Part shown: positions 9,259 to 18,079 of the stretch, piece after piece
Numbering within the stretch: position 1 is the first letter of the stretch
Layout: each line of letters begins with the position of its first letter
Source of the DNA: Gemmatimonadota bacterium
GTDB taxonomy: Bacteria; Gemmatimonadota; Gemmatimonadetes; Gemmatimonadales; GWC2-71-9
Length of the DNA stretch: 64,000 nt
Assembly (NCBI GenBank): GCA_003222135.1
Contig: QHUM01000052.1
Location: 5,335 to 69,334, forward strand
Direction: 5' to 3'
Program-made: the position numbers and the translations under genes
The notes under the pieces: model-generated
What the model saw: only the letters and a program-made list of their open reading frames with translations
The model's database searches: none
Told to the model about the DNA's origin: nothing

Positions 9259-10008
9259 ATGGGTACGCGCCGCCGTGCGGTCTATCCCATCATCCTCTCC
9301 GGGATGGTGGCCGTGGCGTGCACGCCCTCGGCCACGCCTGCGTCGCTCCATCCGGCCGGGGACCCGGCCAACGGCCGCTCGGCGTCGGAAACGGTGACGG
9401 TCCGGGACCCACAGCTCGAGCAGCGGATCGCGCGGCTCGAGCTGCGGCTGCTCGAGCGCGATGCGCAGCTCGACGACCTGCAGGCCCGGCTGGACGAGGC
9501 GAGGCGGGAAGTGGTGCGGGCGATGGCGAAGCTGCAGACGCTCGCCAGCCGGGCCGAAGCCGCCTCCGCGATGGCCGAAGCGGAAATCGCGCTGCAGTCG
9601 CTCAAGACCGCCGCCGCACCGCAAGCGGCTCCGGAAATCGGCCAGGCCACGCAGCTGTTGCAACAGAGCACCGCGGAGTTCAACAAGCGGAACTACGGCG
9701 GTGCGTTGTACCTCGCCAACCAGGCGAAGAGCGTCGTCGGGGCGAGCCGAGAACGCGTGGCGAGCGGTGTGCGCGGGTCTCCGCGGCCCGGCGAAGTGCT
9801 GTTCGCCCTGCCGCTGCGTCTCGAGACGGTGAGTCGTAGCAACGTCCGGGAGGGACCAGGCGCAGGTTACGCCGTGGTGTTCACCCTCGAGACGGGAGCG
9901 CCGGTCATCGGCTATTCGTACGACGACCAGTGGGTGCACGTCGGCGACGACAGCGGGCGGAGCGGCTGGATTTTCGAGACCTTGGTCGGCCGACGGCAGG
10001 CCCGGTGA
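9259..10008 (+). CDS. Lipoprotein with coiled-coil region and C-terminal bacterial SH3 domain
   Basis: ATG 9259 gives MGTRRRAVYPIILSGMVAVAC (lipobox). A heptad-like stretch LEQRIARLELRLLERDAQLDDLQARLDEARREV follows. The C-terminus VREGPGAGYAVVFTLETGAPVIGYSYDDQWVHVGDDSGRSGWI is SH3b-like. Track ORF 8800 is an upstream over-extension inside the ligase gene. Confidence 0.6.
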   Translation: MGTRRRAVYPIILSGMVAVACTPSATPASLHPAGDPANGRSASETVTVRDPQLEQRIARLELRLLERDAQLDDLQARLDEARREVVRAMAKLQTLASRAEAASAMAEAEIALQSLKTAAAPQAAPEIGQATQLLQQSTAEFNKRNYGGALYLANQAKSVVGASRERVASGVRGSPRPGEVLFALPLRLETVSRSNVREGPGAGYAVVFTLETGAPVIGYSYDDQWVHVGDDSGRSGWIFETLVGRRQAR

Positions 10009-10012
10009 CAGG

Positions 10013-10060
10013 ACTGTGCTTCAGCACAGTGTCACGCCGAGCCCACCCTTCAGGGTGTGG
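10013..10060 (+). repeat. REP-like double-hairpin element, copy 1 (divergent)
   Basis: Hairpin 1: ACTGTGC-TTCA-GCACAGT. Hairpin 2: CCCACCC-TTCA-GGGTGTGG. Lies between convergent genes, and the GGDEF gene stop codon (10050-10052) is the TCA of the second TTCA loop. Confidence 0.6.
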
Positions 10061-11729
10061 AGGCGCGCTTTGCCGGTCCGCCGGCCCGCACCACACGGTC
10101 GCGCCCTTCCCGCTTGGCCCGGTATAGCGCACCATCGGCGGCGGCGATCATCGACTCCGGGGAGTCGCCGTGGGTCGGGAACTCCGCGATGCCGACGCTG
10201 AGAGTGATCGAGCCTCCGGCCAGATCTTCCGCCGCTACGCGGGCGCGAATGCGCTCGGCCGTCTCGACTGCTTGATCCGCATCGGTCTCGGGCAACAGCA
10301 CGACGAATTCTTCGCCTCCGTAGCGCACCACACAGTCCACCTCGCGCGTCGAGTCGCGCAGCGCGCGCGCCACCTTGATGAGCATCTCGTCTCCCGCGAG
10401 GTGGCCGAGCGCGTCGTTGTATTCCTTGAAGTGATCGATGTCCGCCATCAGCAGCGCGCAGCGGTGCTCCAGGCGTCGCGAGCGACGGATCTCGTTGGCG
10501 AGCGCGTCCAGCAGATAGCGCCGGTTGTACAGTCCCGTCAGGTCATCGGTGACGGACAAGCGCTCGAGCTCGCGACGTCCGTCGCGCAGCCGGGTGACCA
10601 TGTGGTTGAACACCTCGGTGAGCGACCCGACCTCGCCGCCGCTCACCACGGGGAGATCCACGGCGAGATCGCCGGCGGCCACCTTCGCCGCCCCAGTCGT
10701 CAGCCGATCGAGCGGGCGCACGATCAAGACGCCCAGCAGGTACGCCAGCAGACCGACGCCGAGCAGCAGCGCCGCGACGATCAGGACCGTCAGATTGCGG
10801 AGGCGCGCGGCCTGGCGATACGCCATATCCGCCGGGATCGCCGCCACCACCGCCCACGAGAGGCGCGGCACGCGCTCCAACGTCCCCACGGCTTCCTCCC
10901 CCTCGAGTCCGCGGTACCGGACCGCGCTGCCCGCTCGGTCGAACAGCAACCTGACACTTTCCGGCGGCAGCTTGGCGGTCATGGGCGCCGCGTCGCCTGA
11001 TCCGGAGCCGGCGAGCAGCGTGCCGTCGGCCGTGACGACGAGCATCCCGCCCAGGCCGCCCGCCGCGAAGCGCCGGCTGATCTGTTGGACCGCGCGGAGG
11101 TTCAGTTTCGCGGTCAGCGCACCGATGAGGCGTCCGTTGGACGGGTAGATCGGGACGGCCACGATCATCGCGGGCTGGCGCGCAATGCTGTCACGATACG
11201 GCTCGCCGACAAAGGCGTTGTCGGTCTTCAGGACGCGCAGCCAGTCCGGCGGCAACGCCACGGCGCCCGCTTGCGCCGCCCCTGCGTTCGAGGTATTGGC
11301 CACGATCCGCGCGTCCGGGTCGATGACCATGAGCTCCAAGTAGTCGGCGAAGCGATCCCTCACCGAGTTGAGGTAATCGCGCAGCCGGCCGTACGCCGGA
11401 CCCTGGCGCACCGGCGCTCCCGCCTTCGAGGTACGCGGCATCCGCTCGAGATTCTCCGACACTTCGTAGGAGCTGGCGAACACGCGCAGCTCGTAGAGCC
11501 GCTCCTTGAGCCACAGATCGAGCTCGCGGGCTGCCTGGGCGGAGAGGCTGTGCTGCTCGCCCGTGATCTTCTCGGTGAGCGAGCGCTGACTGTGTACGTA
11601 GGAGACCCACACCGTGGAGAGCGACGGAATGAGCGTGGCCAATACCGCGAACGCGAGCAGCTTGTTCCGGATGCTCTCGAGCCCCAGCGCGTGCAGGCCT
11701 CGCGAGACCGTCCGCTCCCAGGTGCGCAC
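10050..11729 (-). CDS. Sensor diguanylate cyclase (TM - Cache-like periplasmic domain - HAMP - GGDEF)
   Basis: GGDEF domain with [11 protein letters not shown], and HAMP ([21 protein letters not shown]). Two TM segments flank a periplasmic sensor region of about 270 aa. Start set to GTG 11729, directly after the DinB stop (11731-11733); the track start 11789 would overlap DinB. Confidence 0.88.
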   Translation of the reverse strand: MRTWERTVSRGLHALGLESIRNKLLAFAVLATLIPSLSTVWVSYVHSQRSLTEKITGEQHSLSAQAARELDLWLKERLYELRVFASSYEVSENLERMPRTSKAGAPVRQGPAYGRLRDYLNSVRDRFADYLELMVIDPDARIVANTSNAGAAQAGAVALPPDWLRVLKTDNAFVGEPYRDSIARQPAMIVAVPIYPSNGRLIGALTAKLNLRAVQQISRRFAAGGLGGMLVVTADGTLLAGSGSGDAAPMTAKLPPESVRLLFDRAGSAVRYRGLEGEEAVGTLERVPRLSWAVVAAIPADMAYRQAARLRNLTVLIVAALLLGVGLLAYLLGVLIVRPLDRLTTGAAKVAAGDLAVDLPVVSGGEVGSLTEVFNHMVTRLRDGRRELERLSVTDDLTGLYNRRYLLDALANEIRRSRRLEHRCALLMADIDHFKEYNDALGHLAGDEMLIKVARALRDSTREVDCVVRYGGEEFVVLLPETDADQAVETAERIRARVAAEDLAGGSITLSVGIAEFPTHGDSPESMIAAADGALYRAKREGRDRVVRAGGPAKRASTP

Positions 11730-11730
11730 G

Positions 11731-12243
11731 CTACGCCCGGAACCCCTGCTCGTCGGCCGACGGCCCGTAGATCGCCGGCACCGGCACATCGTTCATGCGC
11801 AAATAGACCGTCAGCTGCCCCCGGTGGTGCACCAGGTGGTTCACTACGTTGCGGTAGACGTCCCGCTTCGTCTTGCTCCACACGGCACGGCCGCCGTACT
11901 TGAACGTCCACGGCTTGGCGAACTCGGCATCGCTCGTGGCCGCGAGGGCCGTGCGAGCGGCCTGCACGTTGCGGTCGAGCAGCTCCAGGATCTCCTTGCC
12001 GCTTTCCAAAATGACGGGCCGGAACGGCGGTCCTCCCGGCGGGGCGATATCGAGCTCGTCCAGCGTCACGGCGTTCAGCGCCCAGCTGGGCAGCTCGGCG
12101 AGCAGCGTCGCGAGCCGGCCCAGCGGCATCGACTTCGGGTGCGGCTTCCACGCCGCCTTGCCGGTGGGGACGCGCTCGAGCGCCCGGCGGGTCGCCGCCA
12201 TCTCTTCGTCGAACTCGGGGATCAGCGTTTGGGCAATGGGCAC
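11731..12243 (-). CDS. DinB-family (four-helix-bundle, metal-binding) protein
   Basis: Length of 170 aa and the pattern ...[20 protein letters not shown]...[30 protein letters not shown] are typical of the DinB/YfiT superfamily. Confidence 0.85.
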   Translation of the reverse strand: MPIAQTLIPEFDEEMAATRRALERVPTGKAAWKPHPKSMPLGRLATLLAELPSWALNAVTLDELDIAPPGGPPFRPVILESGKEILELLDRNVQAARTALAATSDAEFAKPWTFKYGGRAVWSKTKRDVYRNVVNHLVHHRGQLTVYLRMNDVPVPAIYGPSADEQGFRA

Positions 12244-12357
12244 GGCTCGTCTCCCTCGGACCGAGCCGCAAGCTTAGCGCCGCGCCACCCCCTGTTGCAA
12301 GGCAACCACAGCGCAGTTCGTGACGTACCTTTCAGCGTACTCCGGAGTGAGGCCAAT

Positions 12358-12933
12358 ATGTTGCGAACCGCCCTGGTGGTGCTCGTGCTCCTCGGTTTCG
12401 GGCTCGCGGGCGCGCTGCCCGCCGGCGCGCTCCATGCCCAGACGCAAGGTGCGAAGCCCCTGTCAACCGGCAAGCCGAGCGACGCGGCGCTGCGCCAAGC
12501 CCTAAGCCCGCTGCAGTATGACGTCACACAGCACGCGGCCACCGAGCCGCCGTTCCACAACGAGTACTGGGACAACCACCGTGCCGGCATTTACGTGGAT
12601 GTCGTTTCGGGTGAGCCGTTGTTCAGCTCGCTCGACAAGTTCGAGTCGGGCACTGGATGGCCGAGCTTCACGCGGCCACTCGAGGAGGCGAACGTCCGCC
12701 GGCACACCGACCGCTCGCTCTTCCTGGTGCGGATCGAGGTCCGCTCCGCCGGCGCCGATTCCCACTTGGGGCACCTATTCGACGACGGCCCGCCGCCCAG
12801 CGGCTTGCGCTACTGCATCAACTCGGCGGCGCTCCGGTTCATTCCGGTCGAGCGGCTCAAGGCAGAAGGGTACGAGAAGTATCTGGCGCTGTTCGCGCGG
12901 TCTGGTCCCGCCGATTCGACACGCCGGCGGTAA
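12358..12933 (+). CDS. msrB: Peptide-methionine (R)-S-oxide reductase MsrB, secreted form
   Basis: Signal [28 protein letters not shown]. MsrB motifs are present: [50 protein letters not shown], and [11 protein letters not shown] (catalytic Cys). Track ORF 11614 is over-extended. Confidence 0.93.
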   Translation: MLRTALVVLVLLGFGLAGALPAGALHAQTQGAKPLSTGKPSDAALRQALSPLQYDVTQHAATEPPFHNEYWDNHRAGIYVDVVSGEPLFSSLDKFESGTGWPSFTRPLEEANVRRHTDRSLFLVRIEVRSAGADSHLGHLFDDGPPPSGLRYCINSAALRFIPVERLKAEGYEKYLALFARSGPADSTRRR

Positions 12934-12962
12934 CGACGCCACTCTTCCACCCGAGGTCTCGG

Positions 12963-14621
12963 ATGTCGCCTGTCACTCAAGACATCACGCGTCGTGACTT
13001 TCTAGAGCTGGGTGCCGCGGCGGGGCTCGCCTGCGTCGCGAACGCCGCATGCCGTAGCGCCGGGCCGGCCGGCGCGGCACGCGGCCTGGCCGGCCCGGCG
13101 ATCCCCCCGTTCGCGCTGCAAGAGGCGACGATCGCGGACCTGCAGCGCGGGATGGAGAGCGGCAAGTACACCGCCCGCGCCCTGTGTGAGTACTATCTGG
13201 CCCGCATCGACGAGATGGACCAACGGGGCGCTACGTTGCGCTCTGTGATCGAAACCAATCCCGACGCGCTCCGCATCGCCGCGGAGCTCGATGCCGAGCG
13301 GAAGACGAAGGGCCCGCGTGGTCCCCTCCACGGCATCCCGATTCTCGTCAAAGACAACGTCGCCACGGCCGACCGGATGGCCACCACCGCCGGCTCACTG
13401 GCGCTCGTGGGCGCGAAGCCTCCGGGGGACGCCGCCGTCGCCGGCCGGCTACGCGCCGCGGGAGCCGTCCTACTCGGCAAGGCGAACCTCTCGGAATGGG
13501 CCAACTTCCGGTCCAACAGCTCGTCCAGCGGCTGGAGCGCGCGGGGAGGCCAATGCAAGAATCCCTACGCACTCGACCGCAGCCCCTGCGGCTCGAGCTC
13601 CGGCACCGCGGCCGCGATCGCGGCGAACTTCGCCGCGGTCGGCATCGGCACCGAGACCGACGGCTCGATCGTCTGCCCGTCGGCGGCGTGCTCGCTCGTC
13701 GGGATCAAGCCGACGCTGGGTCTCGTCTCACGCACGGGCATCGTGCCGATCGCCCACAGCCAGGACACGGCGGGGCCGATGACCCGCACCGTGCGCGACG
13801 CCGCCATCCTGCTCGGCGCCCTGGTGGGCCCGGATCCTAAAGACGCGGCGACCGCCGCGGCGCCGGCGCCGCTGCCCGACTACACCAGATTCCTCGACCC
13901 GCAGGGGCTCACGGGGGCGCGTCTCGGGGTCGCGCGCACCAAGCTGTTCGGCTACCACCCGGCGACCGATGCGCTGGTGACTCAGGCGATCGACGTGCTG
14001 CGGCGATCCGGCGCAGTGATCGTGGATCCGGCGGACATTCCTCACCTCGGCGAGTACGACGACGCCGAGCTCACGGTGCTGCTGTACGAGTTCAAAGCGG
14101 ACTTGAATCGCTACCTCGCCGAGTTCGCACCGGGTGCGCCCGTGAAGACGCTGCAGGACGTCATCGAATTCAACGAGCGGAACAAGCAACGGGAGATGCC
14201 TTACTTCGGACAGGAACTGTTCCTCAAGGCGCAGGACAAAGGACCGCTCAGCGATCAGGCCTACCGTGATGCGCTGGACAAGTGCCGCAAGCTCGGACGC
14301 GAAGAGGGGCTCCAGGCGATTCTCGACCGGGAGAAGCTGGACGCCATCGTGGCCCCGACCGGGAATCCGGCGTGGCCGATCGACCTGGTGAACGGCGACC
14401 ACTTCCTGGGAGGGAGCTCCACTCCCGCTGCGGTCGCGGGCTTCCCCCACGTGACCGTGCCGGCGGGCTATGTCTCCGGTTTGCCGGTGGGCGTGTCGTT
14501 CATCGGTGCGCCGTGGAGTGAGGGCACGCTTGTTAGGCTGGCATACGCGTACGAGCAGGCGACGATGCTGCGCCGCCCGCCGCGGTTTCTGCCTACGATG
14601 AGTGTGTCGCTGGGCGGTTGA
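12963..14621 (+). CDS. Amidase-signature family amidase with Tat-type signal
   Basis: Twin-arginine signal TRRDFLELGAAAG. AS-family motifs are present: GIPILVKDNVATAD (Lys), GGQCKNPYALDRSPCGSSSGTAAAIAA (Ser-cisSer), and GTETDGSIVCPS. Confidence 0.9.
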   Translation: MSPVTQDITRRDFLELGAAAGLACVANAACRSAGPAGAARGLAGPAIPPFALQEATIADLQRGMESGKYTARALCEYYLARIDEMDQRGATLRSVIETNPDALRIAAELDAERKTKGPRGPLHGIPILVKDNVATADRMATTAGSLALVGAKPPGDAAVAGRLRAAGAVLLGKANLSEWANFRSNSSSSGWSARGGQCKNPYALDRSPCGSSSGTAAAIAANFAAVGIGTETDGSIVCPSAACSLVGIKPTLGLVSRTGIVPIAHSQDTAGPMTRTVRDAAILLGALVGPDPKDAATAAAPAPLPDYTRFLDPQGLTGARLGVARTKLFGYHPATDALVTQAIDVLRRSGAVIVDPADIPHLGEYDDAELTVLLYEFKADLNRYLAEFAPGAPVKTLQDVIEFNERNKQREMPYFGQELFLKAQDKGPLSDQAYRDALDKCRKLGREEGLQAILDREKLDAIVAPTGNPAWPIDLVNGDHFLGGSSTPAAVAGFPHVTVPAGYVSGLPVGVSFIGAPWSEGTLVRLAYAYEQATMLRRPPRFLPTMSVSLGG

Positions 14622-14630
14622 CCCGGACCC

Positions 14631-15179
14631 TCACCACACGTGTGACAGTTGCAGCTTCAGCGCGACAGTGCGAAGCAGCGACCACTCCCCGACCGGCCGG
14701 ATGTCGTCGTCCGAATCGAGCGCGAGCCCGATGTCGTACGGCGCACCGTACACGGTGGCCTGGGCGAACCGCCACAGCTGGCGCTGGTGGGCGATCCAGA
14801 TCGCATTCTCCCCGACCGTCGGGATCCGGTTGCCGTGGGGCGCGAAGAACGTGATGTACAGCCGCTTGGGCTGGCCGCCGCCCACGAGCACCGAATCGAC
14901 GGCGATCTTCGCCTCGTAGGCATCGGGGGGGCCCTCGTCACGGAACAGCGCCCGCATGAGCCACCCACCGCGCTGCTCGTACAAATTCGCCCGCTCAACG
15001 TTCTCGACCTTTCCCGCCACGACGTACTGGGCGTCGATCAGCCGTTCGCCGAGGATGCGATCGCGGGACGCCGGCAGCAGCGTCAGCCGGTCGTGCCATT
15101 GCGACGATCCGGCCGCGCAGGCGGCGAGCAGTCCTGCGAGCGCCGCGAGGGCGCCGACGTGGTTACGGGTTCTGGTCAT
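14631..15179 (-). CDS. Hypothetical lipoprotein
   Basis: ATG 15179 gives MTRTRNHVGALAALAGLLAAC (lipobox). Coding-like composition, but I recognise no family. Confidence 0.5.
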   Translation of the reverse strand: MTRTRNHVGALAALAGLLAACAAGSSQWHDRLTLLPASRDRILGERLIDAQYVVAGKVENVERANLYEQRGGWLMRALFRDEGPPDAYEAKIAVDSVLVGGGQPKRLYITFFAPHGNRIPTVGENAIWIAHQRQLWRFAQATVYGAPYDIGLALDSDDDIRPVGEWSLLRTVALKLQLSHVW

Positions 15180-15367
15180 GGCACCAACGCTCCATCGCAT
15201 AACCCTTGCCAACGTGGAACGTGGCTGCCAGACCGCGGCCTCCGCCGCCACTGTGGCGTGGCTGCAGCAAGTGAATTCGGCCCGCCGTGCTTCGGTTTCC
15301 ACGCTAGTGGCGAAGCCGACACAACCCGTTAGGCTTGGCCCGGACGCCTTAGCTCAAGGGGGAGCCC

Positions 15368-15724
15368 GTGTGGTACCGCTGGGCCGATGTACCGAAGGAA
15401 CAGCTGTCCGAGCGACTGTCACGCCGCCTGATCACCGGGGACCGCGTCATGCTGGCGCACGTGTACTTGAAGCGCGGGTGCGTCGTGCCCAGGCACGCGC
15501 ACGAAAACGAGCAGTTCACCTACATCCTCGAAGGCGCGTTGCGGTTTCTCATCGGGGAAGACGGAAGCCAGGAAGTCGTCGTGCGGGCCGGCGAGGTGCT
15601 GCACCTCGCGTCGAACGTGCCGCACGAAGCGCACGCCCTCGAGGACACGCTCGATATGGACGTGTTCTCGCCGCCGCGCGAAGACTGGCTCAAGGGGACC
15701 GACGCCTATCTGCGGAAGACCTGA
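15368..15724 (+). CDS. Cupin-domain protein
   Basis: 118 aa with cupin motifs GCVVPRHAHENEQFTYILEG ... GEVLHLASNVPHEAHAL. GTG start preceded by GGGGGAG. Confidence 0.8.
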   Translation: MWYRWADVPKEQLSERLSRRLITGDRVMLAHVYLKRGCVVPRHAHENEQFTYILEGALRFLIGEDGSQEVVVRAGEVLHLASNVPHEAHALEDTLDMDVFSPPREDWLKGTDAYLRKT

Positions 15725-15742
15725 GCGGGCCTCCGCGACTCG

Positions 15743-16867
15743 TCACGTTGCGTGTCCCATGGCCCGCAGAAACTCCCGGTCCCACGCCGCGGAAATCCCC
15801 TCGCGCGGCGAGTAGGGACCCGGCACGTACGCCCGCGACGTGATGCCGGCGTGGCTCTGCTCGCAGATGTGCCAGTCCTGGCGGTTGGTCTCATCCCAGA
15901 ATCGCACGGCGTCGTCGGGATCGAACCCCGGCTCGGCGAACGAGTCGGGGTGAAATAGCCACTCGCACGTGATGCGCGTCCGCCCCGGGCCGTCGGGCCA
16001 CAGGGTGTGGAACATCACGTAGTCCGGGTGCAGGGAGAGCAGCAGGTTGGGGAAGATCGAATAGAAGTAGACGCGGTTCAGATCCTCCTCGGGAAGCCGG
16101 CCCACGGGCGTCCCACAGGCGCGGCCGCTCAGCGTGAGGCTGCCACCCTCTTTGGTGAGCACCATGTAGCCACCCAGGAACGGCCCTTTGAACAGGTCGT
16201 TCTCGCCGCTCAAGTATGGTGTGAGCTTCGCGAGGCCCGGGTGGATGACGGGGCAGTGCAGGCATTCGGAGTAATTCTGAAAGATGAGCTTCCAGTTGGC
16301 CGCGACGTCGTAGTAGACGCGGCCAGCGGCCTTGAGGGCGGAGAGGTTGAAGCGAGCGAACCGCCCGACGAGCGGCGCGAAGGCATGGGCGAACGGCTCC
16401 CCGTCCCGGGCGAGGTTGACGAAGAGGAAACCGTCCCACGTCTCGAGCGGCACGCCGTGGAGCGGGTAATCGCCCTTGTCGAACCCCTGGACCTCGTTCA
16501 TATGGGGCGCGCCGATCAGCTGCCCGTCGATGGTGTAGGTCCAAGCGTGGTAGGGGCACTGGATCGTCTCTGAGAACCGGCCGCGTGGCTCCTCGCACAG
16601 CCGCGTCCCGCGGTGGCGGCACACGTTGTAGAACGCCCGCACGGCGCCGTCGCGCCCTCGGACCACGATCACGCTCTCGCTCGCGATGGTGCGCAGCAGA
16701 TAGTCCCCCGCCACGGGGATCTCGGCCGCCCGCCCGATGCAGATCCAGCGCGCGGTGAAGATGCGCTCCTGCTCCTCCGCATAGATCTCGGCCGACGTGT
16801 AGTAGCGGCCGGGGAGCGTGCGCTGGCCCTGCTGGTAGGTTGCAGTGGCTTTGACGAACGTGCTCAT
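15743..16867 (-). CDS. Rieske [2Fe-2S] aromatic-ring-hydroxylating / N-demethylating oxygenase, alpha subunit
   Basis: Rieske motif CRHRGTRLC...CPYHAWTY. Catalytic domain carries NWKLIFQNYSECLHCPVIHP (mononuclear-iron His pair), as in GbcA/CntA/choline-monooxygenase-like enzymes. Confidence 0.88.
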   Translation of the reverse strand: MSTFVKATATYQQGQRTLPGRYYTSAEIYAEEQERIFTARWICIGRAAEIPVAGDYLLRTIASESVIVVRGRDGAVRAFYNVCRHRGTRLCEEPRGRFSETIQCPYHAWTYTIDGQLIGAPHMNEVQGFDKGDYPLHGVPLETWDGFLFVNLARDGEPFAHAFAPLVGRFARFNLSALKAAGRVYYDVAANWKLIFQNYSECLHCPVIHPGLAKLTPYLSGENDLFKGPFLGGYMVLTKEGGSLTLSGRACGTPVGRLPEEDLNRVYFYSIFPNLLLSLHPDYVMFHTLWPDGPGRTRITCEWLFHPDSFAEPGFDPDDAVRFWDETNRQDWHICEQSHAGITSRAYVPGPYSPREGISAAWDREFLRAMGHAT

Positions 16868-16876
16868 GAAGGAACG

Positions 16877-18079
16877 CTAGGGAACGCCCCGCCCGAACGC
16901 CACCCCCCGGCGCTCCCGGCCGAGCAGCGCCACGACGGCGCCGAGCGCGAACACCATCGCCGCAGAGAACGCCATCGAGCGCGCGTAGCTCGAGCCGACG
17001 GCGAACAGCGCCTGCACGTGCGGGAGCTTGCTGGCGATCGCCACACCGCATTGGTACGCGAAGCCGGGGAGGAAGCCACGCACCGCATCGGGGGAGAGCT
17101 CGGTGATGTGCGCCGGGATGACGCCCCACGCCCCCTGAACGAAGAACTGCATGATGAAGGCGCCGGCCACGAGCAGTGGTAACGACGGCGCGAACGCCCA
17201 GATCGGGATGGCCAGCACGGCGCCCAACAGGGCGAGCGCGATGGTGCGCCGCCGCCCGAGGCGGTCGGAGTACAGCCCGCACAGGATCCCGCCGGTGAGC
17301 GCGCCGACCTGCGAGAACGCCGTCAGGGCGGCGCGTGCGGTCGGGCTGAAACCCCAGTCGCGCTGCAGGAAGGTCGGGTACATGTCCTGGGTCCCGTGCG
17401 ACACCATGTTCATCATCGCCATCAGGACGGTGAGGTAGAGGAACCCTTTCCAGTTCGCGGCGATGGCGCGACCGAGCCCGCGCCAGTTGTCGTGTCGGGT
17501 CTGCCGCCATACCTCGGACTCCCGCACGCGTGCGCGCACGAACAGCGCCAGCAGCGCCGGCAGGCCGCCGATGAAGAACAACGGGCGCCAGCCCCAGTGC
17601 GGGAACACGAAGAAGTAGCACAGCGCCGCGAGCAGATAGCCGGCGGCGTATCCCTGTTGCAGCAGCCCGGAGACCACGCCGCGCAGCCGCGCGGGGACCT
17701 TTTCCATTACGAGCGAGGCCCCGACGCCCCATTCCGCGCCCATCCCGATGCCGAACAGCGCCCGCAGCACGAGGAACGTCGTGTAGTTCTGGGCGAGCCC
17801 GGACAACACCTCCACCACCGAGTAGAAGACGAGATCCGCCATCAGCGGGATCTTGCGGCCGTAGCGATCGGCGATCAGCCCGAAGATGAACGCGCCGATC
17901 GGTCGGCACGCGAGGGTGAGCGTGAGCGTGTACGCGACGTCGGCGTCCGAGCGACCGAAGTCCTTCGCGATGGCCGTGAGCGTCATCACGACCAGGAAGA
18001 AATCGAACGCGTCCAGCGTCCAGCCGAGGAAGCCGGCGACGACGGCCGCGCGCTGGTCGTCGCGCGCCGGCGCGGTCAC
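16877..18079 (-). CDS. MFS transporter (metabolite:H+ symporter-like)
   Basis: 12-TM profile with MFS loop motif GLIADRYGRKIPLM. Start set at GTG 18079, forming a GTGA overlap with the upstream stop (18076-18078). Confidence 0.85.
   Translation of the reverse strand: MTAPARDDQRAAVVAGFLGWTLDAFDFFLVVMTLTAIAKDFGRSDADVAYTLTLTLACRPIGAFIFGLIADRYGRKIPLMADLVFYSVVEVLSGLAQNYTTFLVLRALFGIGMGAEWGVGASLVMEKVPARLRGVVSGLLQQGYAAGYLLAALCYFFVFPHWGWRPLFFIGGLPALLALFVRARVRESEVWRQTRHDNWRGLGRAIAANWKGFLYLTVLMAMMNMVSHGTQDMYPTFLQRDWGFSPTARAALTAFSQVGALTGGILCGLYSDRLGRRRTIALALLGAVLAIPIWAFAPSLPLLVAGAFIMQFFVQGAWGVIPAHITELSPDAVRGFLPGFAYQCGVAIASKLPHVQALFAVGSSYARSMAFSAAMVFALGAVVALLGRERRGVAFGRGVP

Noticed and set aside
12243-12306. 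Small hairpins in the DinB/msrB divergent region (CGGCTCG...CGAGCCG at 12243-12268; GTTGC-AAG-GCAAC at 12294-12306), considered as riboswitch or operator candidates.
   Set aside because: The stems are short (5-7 bp), I recognise no conserved riboswitch motif, and there are no repeats elsewhere in the window. Evidence is insufficient.
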